NCBI GenBank assembly: GCA_023267215.1
Contig: JAHFNS010000001.1
Span: 174,710 to 238,709 of the forward strand
DNA from: Candidatus Nomurabacteria bacterium
GTDB lineage: Bacteria > Patescibacteriota > Minisyncoccia > Phycocordibacterales > UBA9973
Direction of reading: 5' to 3'
Length of the DNA: 64,000 nucleotides
The position numbers and the translations under genes were made by a program. Below, in pieces: positions 27,073-36,193 of the stretch (its first letter is position 1; every line of letters begins with the position of its first letter). Under the pieces are notes generated by a model, which saw only the letters and a program-made list of their open reading frames with translations, made no database searches and was not told the DNA's origin.

Positions 27073-28947
27073 TTAAATTCTATTTTTAAATCCTCCAGCT
27101 TGTAGATCCCAAAGTTTTTTGTAAACTCCATCTTGTTTATTTGAGAGTTCGTCGTGATTTCCATCTTCCACAATTTTTCCTTTTTCTAAAACAATAATCC
27201 GATCCATCTGTCTTATCGTAGAAAGTCTGTGAGCAATTACGATTGTTGTCTTCCCTTTTATAAGTTTAACAAGAGCATCTTGGATTAAGGATTCAGAGTG
27301 AGAGTCAAGTGAAGATGTCGCTTCGTCTAATGTGAGTATTGGAGCATTTTTGAGAATTGCTCGAGCAATAGCCACGCGTTGACGTTCTCCCCCAGAAAGT
27401 TTGATTCCTCGTTCTCCTACATATGTTTCATATTTTTGTGGTAATTGATCTATAAAGTCATCACAATGAGCCATGTGTGCTGCTACTAATACTTCTTCGT
27501 CTGTCGCATCTCTCCTGCCATAACGAATATTCTCCATTAAAGTACGGTGAAAAAGCACAGGGTCTTGGGGAACGAAAGCAATTTGTTCGCGAAGATTTTC
27601 TTGAGAAATTTTACTTATATCTATTCCATCAATCATTATCTTGCCATCAGTTATATTAAATAATCTCATTAAAAGACGTACAAAAGTTGTTTTACCAGAG
27701 CCAGAAGAACCAACAATAGCTATCTTCTGTCCGGCAGGTATAGTCAAAGAAAAATCATCTAATACTTTACTATTGTTATTTTTATAAATATAAGTCACTT
27801 TATCAAAAACAACTTCTCCCTTCGGATATAAAGCTACCGGCAAAACTTTTATATTTTTTGCAACTTCTACTCCATTATCAATTATTTCATAAGGTGTGTC
27901 AAAAATTAATGCCATTTCTTGAGCGTTAGAAAAACTGTCATAGTAAGTTCTAATGATTCCAGCAAAACCCCATAAACTATCACCGAGACGGACAAAATAA
28001 GTTTGTAATAATATCATTACAGGTAAAGTGATAAGAGAGATTTGCCAATCACTAATAGCTACCCAAAAAATAATAAATTCAGTAATAACTAAATAAAAAC
28101 TTTGAACAAGAGTGAGCCCTTCCCACAAGTACCAATTGAAAATAGTTGCTTTTTGTTGTTCTTCAATCACTTCCCCTGTACGCTTCCTTTCGTATTGAGT
28201 TCCCGTAAAAAATTGTATCGAAGAATGGTTTCCAATAGCGTCAGAAACAACCCCATTGGTTTTACTGTCGGCAATAGAAGCTAAAACATCATACTTGAGT
28301 TTGTATCGAGTGTAAATAAAAGCTGTTAACAAAAATACAAGACAAAAAATACCTAAAATATAAGCATATTTAGGAAATAAGGTATAAATAGCTATGACTG
28401 TACCAACACTACGAATAAGAAGAGGTAATGCATTAGCAGCCATTTGATCTGTTAACCTTTCAAACGCATTAGAATATTTATTTATTTTTTGAGTTAATGA
28501 TCCAGTAAAACTATTCGCAAAAAAAGAATGCGAATGTCCAATCATATAAGAAAAAGCTTGTTCACGTAATCCTGCTTTTACTTTTGATTCAAAATAAGCC
28601 AAACAAAATCCTGAAATTCTACGCATGGCCCAAGCAGATAAATTTAATATAAAAATAAAGATTATTATAGATTTAGCAATTGAGACAATTGAAAAATTGT
28701 TAACGCTTAAAACATCCCATAATTTCAAATATTGAAGTGGTATATAAACACTTAGAGCCGAAAAAAGTGTAGTCAAAATGATAACAGAAAAAAAAGAAAT
28801 CTTGTATTTCCTTATAACTTGCCAATAATATTTAAGCACCAACTTAAGGCGCAAATTTGAATAATCCTTTTCTTTTTCCATATAAAGCCAAAAAATAAGG
28901 CATTTCTGCCTTGTTTTTACTATACCATAAAAAATATAAATCACCAA
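27073..28947 (-). CDS. ABC exporter, fused permease/ATPase (MsbA-like type I)
   Basis: 624 aa; six-TM domain; Walker A GSSGSGKTT; ABC signature LSGGERQRVAIARA; Walker B ILTLDEATS; true start may be the internal Met at about 28881. Confidence 0.9.
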   Translation of the reverse strand: MVIYIFYGIVKTRQKCLIFWLYMEKEKDYSNLRLKLVLKYYWQVIRKYKISFFSVIILTTLFSALSVYIPLQYLKLWDVLSVNNFSIVSIAKSIIIFIFILNLSAWAMRRISGFCLAYFESKVKAGLREQAFSYMIGHSHSFFANSFTGSLTQKINKYSNAFERLTDQMAANALPLLIRSVGTVIAIYTLFPKYAYILGIFCLVFLLTAFIYTRYKLKYDVLASIADSKTNGVVSDAIGNHSSIQFFTGTQYERKRTGEVIEEQQKATIFNWYLWEGLTLVQSFYLVITEFIIFWVAISDWQISLITLPVMILLQTYFVRLGDSLWGFAGIIRTYYDSFSNAQEMALIFDTPYEIIDNGVEVAKNIKVLPVALYPKGEVVFDKVTYIYKNNNSKVLDDFSLTIPAGQKIAIVGSSGSGKTTFVRLLMRLFNITDGKIMIDGIDISKISQENLREQIAFVPQDPVLFHRTLMENIRYGRRDATDEEVLVAAHMAHCDDFIDQLPQKYETYVGERGIKLSGGERQRVAIARAILKNAPILTLDEATSSLDSHSESLIQDALVKLIKGKTTIVIAHRLSTIRQMDRIIVLEKGKIVEDGNHDELSNKQDGVYKKLWDLQAGGFKNRI

Positions 28948-28990
28948 AATTTAACTCTTTCACACATATACGCTATCGCTGATATGTGTA

Positions 28991-30706
28991 TTAGTATATC
29001 TCTTTTTTATAACATTCACTACAAATGACTTTTTTAGGGCCACCCTCTGACTCCGATCTATATGTCGTATCTATTTCTTTTTTACATAAAAAACACGATC
29101 TCCTATTTAATCTCATTGGATTACGAAGTTTTAATCTTCTATTGTGTCGTTCATCTGGATGGACAGACGGCAAAGGTAAATCAAATCTTCTATAAAAATT
29201 TAATTCTTGTTCTATTATTTTGAAAGGCCTGCCAGTAACTTCACATTCAATGACCTCATTTAAAATTGAATCATCTACTTCAGAAATTGTTTGTGGTAAA
29301 TCTTTACCTTTTATTGTAACTTTATAAGAACCAGAAATATACTCACGCCAAAGATATCCTTTTTCTTCTGCTATTTTTTCACTAATTGGAAAATAATCTT
29401 GAGCAACAGTTTCATTATAGGCAAATGGCGAAAGTTCAGATGGAAAAAATTCACCAAACTTATATATTTTCCCCTCTTTATCTACATATGGCATATCTAG
29501 CATATGCTGTTTGATTTTTGGAAGCAAATTTTCATATTCCTCTTTCGTATATTGTTTATTTAAAATACAATATTTTTTTCTATTCATTTCTGTGCAACCA
29601 AAACAATCCTGACAGTTATTCATCATAAAACTATAATAGATATCCCTAGAATACCAAATAATGGCACCTAAAAAACATCTACTGTTGTAAACACCAATAC
29701 TTATGCCTTCGTAAGTTAATTCTGAATTACCTCCAGATCCAGGGCCTACATCATAGGCATCACTACATCCTTGACTACCCCAATTTGCATATTTTACATT
29801 TTGAAATTCACCATCTAAATCAAAAACGTTATAACAATTGCGTGAATTATATACGTGATCACCAACAACATTTGTCGTGTTTATAAGTTTTACATCTCTG
29901 TGTAAAGCTTCCTGCCAAAGTTTTTTAAATTTATTTCTAGCTTCTTCTATGCCATGACGTGTATCAAGAGCAAGCGCATCTTTCTTTTTCAAATATTCTT
30001 CTTTTGTATATTGAATATTCTCAATACAATAATTTTTGTTTCTCAAATTTGTGCACAAAACACAATCCGAACAATTTCTACAGTCATATAGGAAATAAGA
30101 ATCCAAACATCCTTCACTTTCTAGTGAAAAAAATAATCGACTAGAATCTCGGCAATATACATTTTCATATCCAAATTCCATATCATAACAAATATAAGAA
30201 TCTTGAATAAATTTACATCTAGAGACCCTGTTGCAATATAAAGAATCCTCACAATTCCAAGCTGCAGTAATTAAATAACAATTTTTTAGTTCTACACTTA
30301 CATTACAAAATCTAGAATTTACCGACTTTGAATCGGATAAGGCAAGATGTGGTACTTCCTCTATAAGATTAGCAAATTGCTCAAAAAATGGCTTAGAAAA
30401 ATCATAATCTCTGCCATGGGAAGATGAATCCCATCGATCGCTCCACCACATTTCCTTATCATAAGTTTTTACCTTAGCATCAGGATGAAAAACTGAAATA
30501 ATTAAATCTTTTTTACCCTCTTCTGCATTTGGTCTCTTAAAAAGTGAATGTTCATTACGCCAAACAAGCCGACGAATAAGTCTACACTCCGGACACCAAG
30601 TCGGCGGAGGGACTTTTATTTTTTCATAAAATTTAAAATCTTCCGGTTCTATCATGAAGTTTTGTTTACAATTCTGACATATTCTTTTTTCTTGTTTATA
30701 TTCCAT
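28991..30706 (-). CDS. Cysteine-rich repeat protein, paralog 4
   Basis: 571 aa; MEYKQEKRICQNCKQNFMIEPEDFKFYEKIKVPPPTWCPECR; C-terminal ribbon partly degenerate (SVHPDERHNRR in place of CPNCRHYQR). Confidence 0.8.
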   Translation of the reverse strand: MEYKQEKRICQNCKQNFMIEPEDFKFYEKIKVPPPTWCPECRLIRRLVWRNEHSLFKRPNAEEGKKDLIISVFHPDAKVKTYDKEMWWSDRWDSSSHGRDYDFSKPFFEQFANLIEEVPHLALSDSKSVNSRFCNVSVELKNCYLITAAWNCEDSLYCNRVSRCKFIQDSYICYDMEFGYENVYCRDSSRLFFSLESEGCLDSYFLYDCRNCSDCVLCTNLRNKNYCIENIQYTKEEYLKKKDALALDTRHGIEEARNKFKKLWQEALHRDVKLINTTNVVGDHVYNSRNCYNVFDLDGEFQNVKYANWGSQGCSDAYDVGPGSGGNSELTYEGISIGVYNSRCFLGAIIWYSRDIYYSFMMNNCQDCFGCTEMNRKKYCILNKQYTKEEYENLLPKIKQHMLDMPYVDKEGKIYKFGEFFPSELSPFAYNETVAQDYFPISEKIAEEKGYLWREYISGSYKVTIKGKDLPQTISEVDDSILNEVIECEVTGRPFKIIEQELNFYRRFDLPLPSVHPDERHNRRLKLRNPMRLNRRSCFLCKKEIDTTYRSESEGGPKKVICSECYKKEIY

Positions 30707-30713
30707 AATTCAA

Positions 30714-30731
30714 TCTACGCCATGGCGTAGA
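30714..30731. promoter_or_regulatory. Perfect palindrome TCTACGCCATGGCGTAGA just upstream of the paralog 4 start
   Basis: 18-bp inverted repeat; related ACGCCATGGC at 32641..32652 upstream of paralog 5. Confidence 0.4.
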
Positions 30732-30840
30732 TGCTACTTTTTGATATTGTGCCACCAGATTTTAACGCGAAATTTAACTGTCTGCCAAGCCATTGGCACA
30801 ACATATCTGATATATTTTAATTTTGTTTTTATTCTGTTCA

Positions 30841-32622
30841 TCATACAAATTCAGCTTGATAACATTTCTCACAATATACTATTTCCTTCCTTTCGTCACT
30901 TATAGCTGTCTCAAATTCATTCTGGCAAGGACTATTATCATGTGTATGTTTTATGGTATTTTTATATACACCATCTTTTGATTCTACACCATTACACATA
31001 CATTTTCTATGCCATAATTTCGGTGGATTTTTCTTTTTTGTACGTTGTATGTATCTACAATTAGGACATAAATGCGGTAAGGTTATATTTATTTGTCTGT
31101 GAAATTGTAGCTCATTAGGCAATATACGGAAAGCCTCTGTACATTGTTCATTACATTCTCCTTTATGTTCACATTCTATTACTTCGTTTAAAATCGAATC
31201 TTCTACATCTTTAATATCATCTGGTAAATCTTCAGCTTTTAAAGTAACTCTATAATTTCTTTCTTTTTCTTCATGCCATTTAAATCCTTTTTCTAGAGCT
31301 TCTTCTTTACTTAAAGGAAAATATTTATGAGCCCATGTTTCATTGTAAGAGAATAAAGAAAGATCACTCGGAAAATGCTCCCCATATTTATATATCTTTC
31401 CACAACTATCTATATGTGGCATATCCATCATATGCTGTTTGATTTTAGGAATTAATTCCTCATATTCCTCTTTAGTATATTGTTTATTTAAAATGCAATA
31501 TTTTTTATTTTTTAGATTTGTGCAACCAAAACAATTTGAACAATTATATATTTTATTAGAATATTCAATATCTTTAGAGTCATAACAGGCACGGCTAAAA
31601 AAACAACGTTGAGAATGCATCCCTCCGGTATTTTCATAATAAAGTTCTGTATTACCACCACATAAAATGGCATCATAACTATCTTTCATTAAAAGACCAG
31701 CCATAAAAATAAACTTGCTGTTTTCAACCCCCATACGTGTAGCAAAACAAAATTGACAATTTTTAGTATTTCTAAGATCGTCCCCAGTTACATTTACAGA
31801 ATTAGTTATTAAAGCAAATCGTCTTGGAATTTTATAATAAAAATCCCAGAATTTTTCTTCTATTTTTTTTAAAGTACCATAACTACTTAAATTCCAATTT
31901 TTGATTTCTTTTTCATATTCTTCTTTTGTATATTTCTTGTTAAAGATACAATATTTTTGATTTCTCAAATTTACACAACCAAAACAGTTCGAACATCCAA
32001 TACAATTTAAAAGAAATGCGGAATCCATACATTCATCTGAAAAATAAACAAATTTAGTGTTATAAACCCCATTTGAGTCTAAAGTTTCATATATGTGGTC
32101 ACCATTTATTATAAAATCAGAATCCATAGAATCACGAACAAAACCAGGGGTTTGACAGTTATAACAATTAATTGATTCATAGCCATCAAATGTCAGCATG
32201 CAATTTTTACAACGGATATTCCCATTACAATAACCAAGATCAGAGGAGTTTTTAGATCCCGTCGCTTGATTTGGTACAACTTTTTGCAATTCATAAAATT
32301 GTTCTAAAAATGGCTTTGAAAAATCATATTCCCTACCATATTCTATTCCATCCCAAGAATCTCCATGCCAACATGAAATACAATAAACCTTAAATGGAGA
32401 ATTTTCATTATAAATACTTATAATTTCTTTATTACAATTTTCACATTTATCCTTATAGAGAGATCTATCTTCACGATAAGCAAGACGTCTTATCATTCTA
32501 CACTCCGGACACCAAGTCGGTGAAGGTACTTTTATCTTTTCATAAAAATTAAAATCTTCCGGCTCTATTGTGAAGTCTTTTTTGCAATTCTGACATATTC
32601 TTTTTTCTTGTTTATATTCCAT
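30841..32622 (-). CDS. Cysteine-rich repeat protein, paralog 5
   Basis: 593 aa; same N terminus as paralog 4; C-terminal CEHKGECNEQCTEAFRILPNELQFHRQINITLPHLCPNCR with a 20-aa insertion. Confidence 0.8.
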   Translation of the reverse strand: MEYKQEKRICQNCKKDFTIEPEDFNFYEKIKVPSPTWCPECRMIRRLAYREDRSLYKDKCENCNKEIISIYNENSPFKVYCISCWHGDSWDGIEYGREYDFSKPFLEQFYELQKVVPNQATGSKNSSDLGYCNGNIRCKNCMLTFDGYESINCYNCQTPGFVRDSMDSDFIINGDHIYETLDSNGVYNTKFVYFSDECMDSAFLLNCIGCSNCFGCVNLRNQKYCIFNKKYTKEEYEKEIKNWNLSSYGTLKKIEEKFWDFYYKIPRRFALITNSVNVTGDDLRNTKNCQFCFATRMGVENSKFIFMAGLLMKDSYDAILCGGNTELYYENTGGMHSQRCFFSRACYDSKDIEYSNKIYNCSNCFGCTNLKNKKYCILNKQYTKEEYEELIPKIKQHMMDMPHIDSCGKIYKYGEHFPSDLSLFSYNETWAHKYFPLSKEEALEKGFKWHEEKERNYRVTLKAEDLPDDIKDVEDSILNEVIECEHKGECNEQCTEAFRILPNELQFHRQINITLPHLCPNCRYIQRTKKKNPPKLWHRKCMCNGVESKDGVYKNTIKHTHDNSPCQNEFETAISDERKEIVYCEKCYQAEFV

Positions 32623-32664
32623 AATCCAGATTCCCCCATATACGCCATGGCTGATATGAGGGAA

Positions 32665-34335
32665 TTAATTGATATTTTGTTTATAACACTCTTCGCAGGC
32701 TATTTTTTGATATCCCCATTCTGGTAAATAATATGCTTCTATATCCTTTTTACAATAAATACATTTGTATGGATATACTTGCAATACCATCAAATCTTTC
32801 AAGATATTTTTTATTCTCACATCAAAATGTAATCTCGGAAGTGGAATATTATTTTCTTTATAAAAAATAAGTTCATTTTTTGCAATATTAAAACGCCATC
32901 CTGTCTCCGGGCAAATGAGTGCTTGGGTAACTATCGTATCTTCTACATCTTTAATATCATCTGGTAATTGATTTGTCGGCATACCTTCTACATTATTTTC
33001 AACAACATCTTCCCAGTAACCCCCAAGTTTTAAAATATCCTCTTTTTTCGTATCAGGAAAATATAAAAATGCACTGGAAAAATTGAAAGGTCCAGCGCTC
33101 ATAGAATAAGGTAAAAACTTTCCATATTCTTCTCTTTTCTTCATATCAGAAATAATTTTATTTTTTAATTCTTCATACTGTTCTTTAGTATATTGTTTAT
33201 TTAAAATACAATATTTCTTCTTCTTTAAGCCAACACAACCAAAACAATATTCACATTCAATACATAGATCTAAATATTCAGAATATCTAGATGAAGACCA
33301 GTTAGAGTACTTGAGTGCATAATTCTTATCACAACAACTACAATTACCAGATAATTCTGAATACCAACAACCATTAGCATCAATATCGGATTTTTTTCTC
33401 ATTCCTCGAATACAATTCGAGCAATCCTCAGATTCATTTATTGTATTACAATTATGACAATTTTTTACATCTAGTAGATAATCGCCATCAGAACCATAAG
33501 CTCTCATATTAAAGTTTTCTCTATGGACTACTTCTTTTTGAACAATTTCATCAAAATGTCTCTTATAATCTTGTATTGATTCATACGAGCCGAGTTTGAA
33601 TAATTTTAATTTTTCCAAATATTCTTCCCTTTTATATTGAATATTTTCTATACAATATGATTTTCCCCTTAAATTCCAACACATAAAACAATTCTGGCAA
33701 TTGCGACAATCATACAAGAAATAGGAATCTATGCAATCGCGGGAATGTTTAGAGAAAAAAAGTCTATAAGAATGGTGACATTCTGAAATTTCATAGCATT
33801 TTTCACAATCAAAACATATTGTTGCGTCCAGGGAATTTTTAACTTTTATGTTTCTATATGAATAGAATAAATCTTCACATTCTTCCATAGAACGAGATAA
33901 GTAACAATTTTTAGAATTCCATACATCATCACACCAATCACAGCCAGTATTTTTTTTACCGTTCTGATGAGGATGAGGGACTTTTTCTTGAAGCTCTTGA
34001 AGTTGTTCAAAAAATGATTTATTTTCATCATAATCTTGACCGTAATCCATAGCATCCCATTTGTCGCTATACCATTCGGAAGATGTATAGATTGGATAAC
34101 GACTTTTTTCCGGTAATACTGTGATCAAGCTTTCACCTGAGAGGTCAGACTTGCCTTTTCTAAATTTTCCAAACATCCAAAAAGATAAATGTATCTTTAC
34201 ACGACAGAAAAAACATATGGTTGGTAATTCTATGCCAACTTTTTCATATAAAGAAAGTTCCCCCTCTGTTATGGTAAATAGATTTAGACAGTGCTCACAA
34301 GTTTTACTTTGCGTTTTCATTGTACTCAAAAACAT
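32665..34335 (-). CDS. Cysteine-rich repeat protein, paralog 6 (most divergent)
   Basis: 556 aa; retains the CxxCxxCF(G/M)CxxL plus KKKYCILNKQYTKEQYEEL modules; N and C termini diverged; start overlaps the grpE stop. Confidence 0.7.
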   Translation of the reverse strand: MFLSTMKTQSKTCEHCLNLFTITEGELSLYEKVGIELPTICFFCRVKIHLSFWMFGKFRKGKSDLSGESLITVLPEKSRYPIYTSSEWYSDKWDAMDYGQDYDENKSFFEQLQELQEKVPHPHQNGKKNTGCDWCDDVWNSKNCYLSRSMEECEDLFYSYRNIKVKNSLDATICFDCEKCYEISECHHSYRLFFSKHSRDCIDSYFLYDCRNCQNCFMCWNLRGKSYCIENIQYKREEYLEKLKLFKLGSYESIQDYKRHFDEIVQKEVVHRENFNMRAYGSDGDYLLDVKNCHNCNTINESEDCSNCIRGMRKKSDIDANGCWYSELSGNCSCCDKNYALKYSNWSSSRYSEYLDLCIECEYCFGCVGLKKKKYCILNKQYTKEQYEELKNKIISDMKKREEYGKFLPYSMSAGPFNFSSAFLYFPDTKKEDILKLGGYWEDVVENNVEGMPTNQLPDDIKDVEDTIVTQALICPETGWRFNIAKNELIFYKENNIPLPRLHFDVRIKNILKDLMVLQVYPYKCIYCKKDIEAYYLPEWGYQKIACEECYKQNIN

Positions 34336-34900
34336 TCACTCGGGCGGCACGAATCACACGGTCGCCAAGTTTATAACCCTTTTGAATAACTTCAGATATT
34401 TTATGATTATCTTCTTTTTTTTCTGTCGGCGTCATATCTATAGATTGATGAATATTTGGATCAAAATTTTCTCCAACTTCTCCTATTTCTTTCACATTAT
34501 ATTCTTCAAAAATTGTGTTCAATTGAGCATGAATATATTCCACTCCTTTTCTCCAACTTTCATCCACTTTCTCCCAAGCTTCACGATTAGCAAAAGCCAT
34601 ATTAAAACTATCTAAAACACTTAAAAATCTAGTTAGAATTCTCTCACGCATAGATTCTGAAAAATTGGCTTTCCTTTCTTCTTCTTGTTTTTTATAATTT
34701 ATAAAATCTGCTCGCTCTTTCTGCCAACCTGTCAGATATTCTTCTTTTTCAGCTTTACACGTCTTCAAATCGGCCCTTAGTTTCTTAAGAGTCTTTTTTA
34801 GATCTTCTTCACCATCTTCATTGAATTCAAACTCCAAAACTTCTGCCTCTGGTTCAGATTCTTTTGAGATTTCTTTATTTTCTTCTTCTGCCATAAGCAT
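34304..34900 (-). CDS. grpE: Nucleotide exchange factor GrpE
   Basis: 198 aa; GWQKERADFINYKKQ and FDPNIHQSI conserved GrpE blocks. Confidence 0.85.
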   Translation of the reverse strand: MLMAEEENKEISKESEPEAEVLEFEFNEDGEEDLKKTLKKLRADLKTCKAEKEEYLTGWQKERADFINYKKQEEERKANFSESMRERILTRFLSVLDSFNMAFANREAWEKVDESWRKGVEYIHAQLNTIFEEYNVKEIGEVGENFDPNIHQSIDMTPTEKKEDNHKISEVIQKGYKLGDRVIRAARVNVFEYNENAK

Positions 34901-34927
34901 ATATTAGCATATCTTTTAAAAAAGATA

Positions 34928-35012
34928 AAATAATACTTTTTTCGACATACGCTTCAAAAAGATACTTAACGATATCAGGTTCGAGTGCGAGCCGTTAAAA
35001 AGTGTTATTTTA
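34928..35012. repeat. ~85-nt intergenic element, copy A (second copy at 48312..48396)
   Basis: About 85% identical to copy B: ACTTTTTTCGACATACGCT...AGATACTTAA.GA..TCAGGTTCG.GTGCGAG.CG..AAAAAGT. On the minus strand it contains sigma-70-like TTGAAG-N16-TATTAT ahead of grpE. Confidence 0.55.
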
Positions 35013-35018
35013 TATTTT

Positions 35019-35444
35019 TTATCTCTTAGACCACTGAGGTGCCTTTCTTGCCTTTTTGAGGCCGAATTTTCTACGTTCTTTTGCACGAGGGTCACGTTTT
35101 AAATATCCTAAATCTTTCAAATTGTGTCGTAATTCTCCATCAAATAAAACCAAGGCTCTAGAGAGACCATGTCGTACAGCTTCTGCTTGTGAATGAATCC
35201 CCCCACCTAGAACTTTTGCTACAACTTTCCATTTTAAATTATTCTTTTCTTTATCTTCAATCCCTTTCATAAGCGGATCCCAAATTAAGCGACGTTGTTC
35301 TTCAGTTCTAAAATATTCCTTGGAATCTTTATCATTAACAACAAAACTAGATTTAGAGGCTTCAAAAATACGCACTCTAGCTGTTGAAGTTTTTCTTCTA
35401 CCTATTGCCTCAATATATTTTTCTTTTGATATTTCTTTTATCAT
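35019..35444 (-). CDS. rpsI: 30S ribosomal protein S9
   Basis: 141 aa; C-terminal RRKFGLKKARKAPQWSKR. Confidence 0.9.
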   Translation of the reverse strand: MIKEISKEKYIEAIGRRKTSTARVRIFEASKSSFVVNDKDSKEYFRTEEQRRLIWDPLMKGIEDKEKNNLKWKVVAKVLGGGIHSQAEAVRHGLSRALVLFDGELRHNLKDLGYLKRDPRAKERRKFGLKKARKAPQWSKR

Positions 35445-35460
35445 TTTTCTTATAAATATT

Positions 35461-35829
35461 TTAATCTTCTACTATTAAATTTTTCATCATTTCTCTTCTT
35501 AATTTATTTCCTGGAAGCATGTGATAGACAGCTAGTTTGACTAATTCTTTCATCCCTTTCTTTTCAGCTGTTTCTGTGCCTTTCAAAATACGAAGACCAC
35601 CTCTATATCCAGAATATCTAGTGTGAAAAATTTCATCTAATTTTTTGGTAGTAATCTTAATTTTTGAAGAATTCATCACTCTTACTTTAAAACCAGAATA
35701 AACATTTCTTTCAAATGAAGCTTTATTTTTACCCATCAAAAATACAGCCACCTCGCTTGCAACTCGGCCTAAAGTTCTCCCACTGGCATCTATTATTTTT
35801 TCTTCTGTTTTATTGTCTTGCTTTTTCAT
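35461..35829 (-). CDS. rplM: 50S ribosomal protein L13
   Basis: 122 aa; IIDASGRTLGRVASEVA uL13 N terminus. Confidence 0.9.
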   Translation of the reverse strand: MKKQDNKTEEKIIDASGRTLGRVASEVAVFLMGKNKASFERNVYSGFKVRVMNSSKIKITTKKLDEIFHTRYSGYRGGLRILKGTETAEKKGMKELVKLAVYHMLPGNKLRREMMKNLIVED

Positions 35830-35835
35830 AATTTT

Positions 35836-36189
35836 TTATACAAATTCTATTAAAGCCATCGGTGCTCCATCTGCTTTTCTAAGACCCAATTTTAAAACTC
35901 TAGTGTAACCACCTTTTTGATCTTTATATTTAGGCGCAATTATTTCAAAAAGTTTCTTCACTTCACGACTACGATTTGAAAGTTTGGAAATAATAACTCT
36001 GCGTGTAGCCATATCTCCTTTTTTTGCTTTTGTTATAAGTTTCTCAATAAAAGGACGCAATTCTTTTGCTTTTGGTTCAGTTGTTTTTATTTTTCCACGT
36101 ACAATCAAATTAAGTGCCAAAGAATTCAACAGCGCTTTTTTTTGATTTTTAGTTCTTCCAAATTTTCTTTTTGTATTATGGTGTCGCAT
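35836..36189 (-). CDS. rplQ: 50S ribosomal protein L17
   Basis: 117 aa; MRHHNTKRKFGRTKNQKKALLNSLA bL17 N terminus. Confidence 0.9.
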   Translation of the reverse strand: MRHHNTKRKFGRTKNQKKALLNSLALNLIVRGKIKTTEPKAKELRPFIEKLITKAKKGDMATRRVIISKLSNRSREVKKLFEIIAPKYKDQKGGYTRVLKLGLRKADGAPMALIEFV

Positions 36190-36193
36190 ATAA

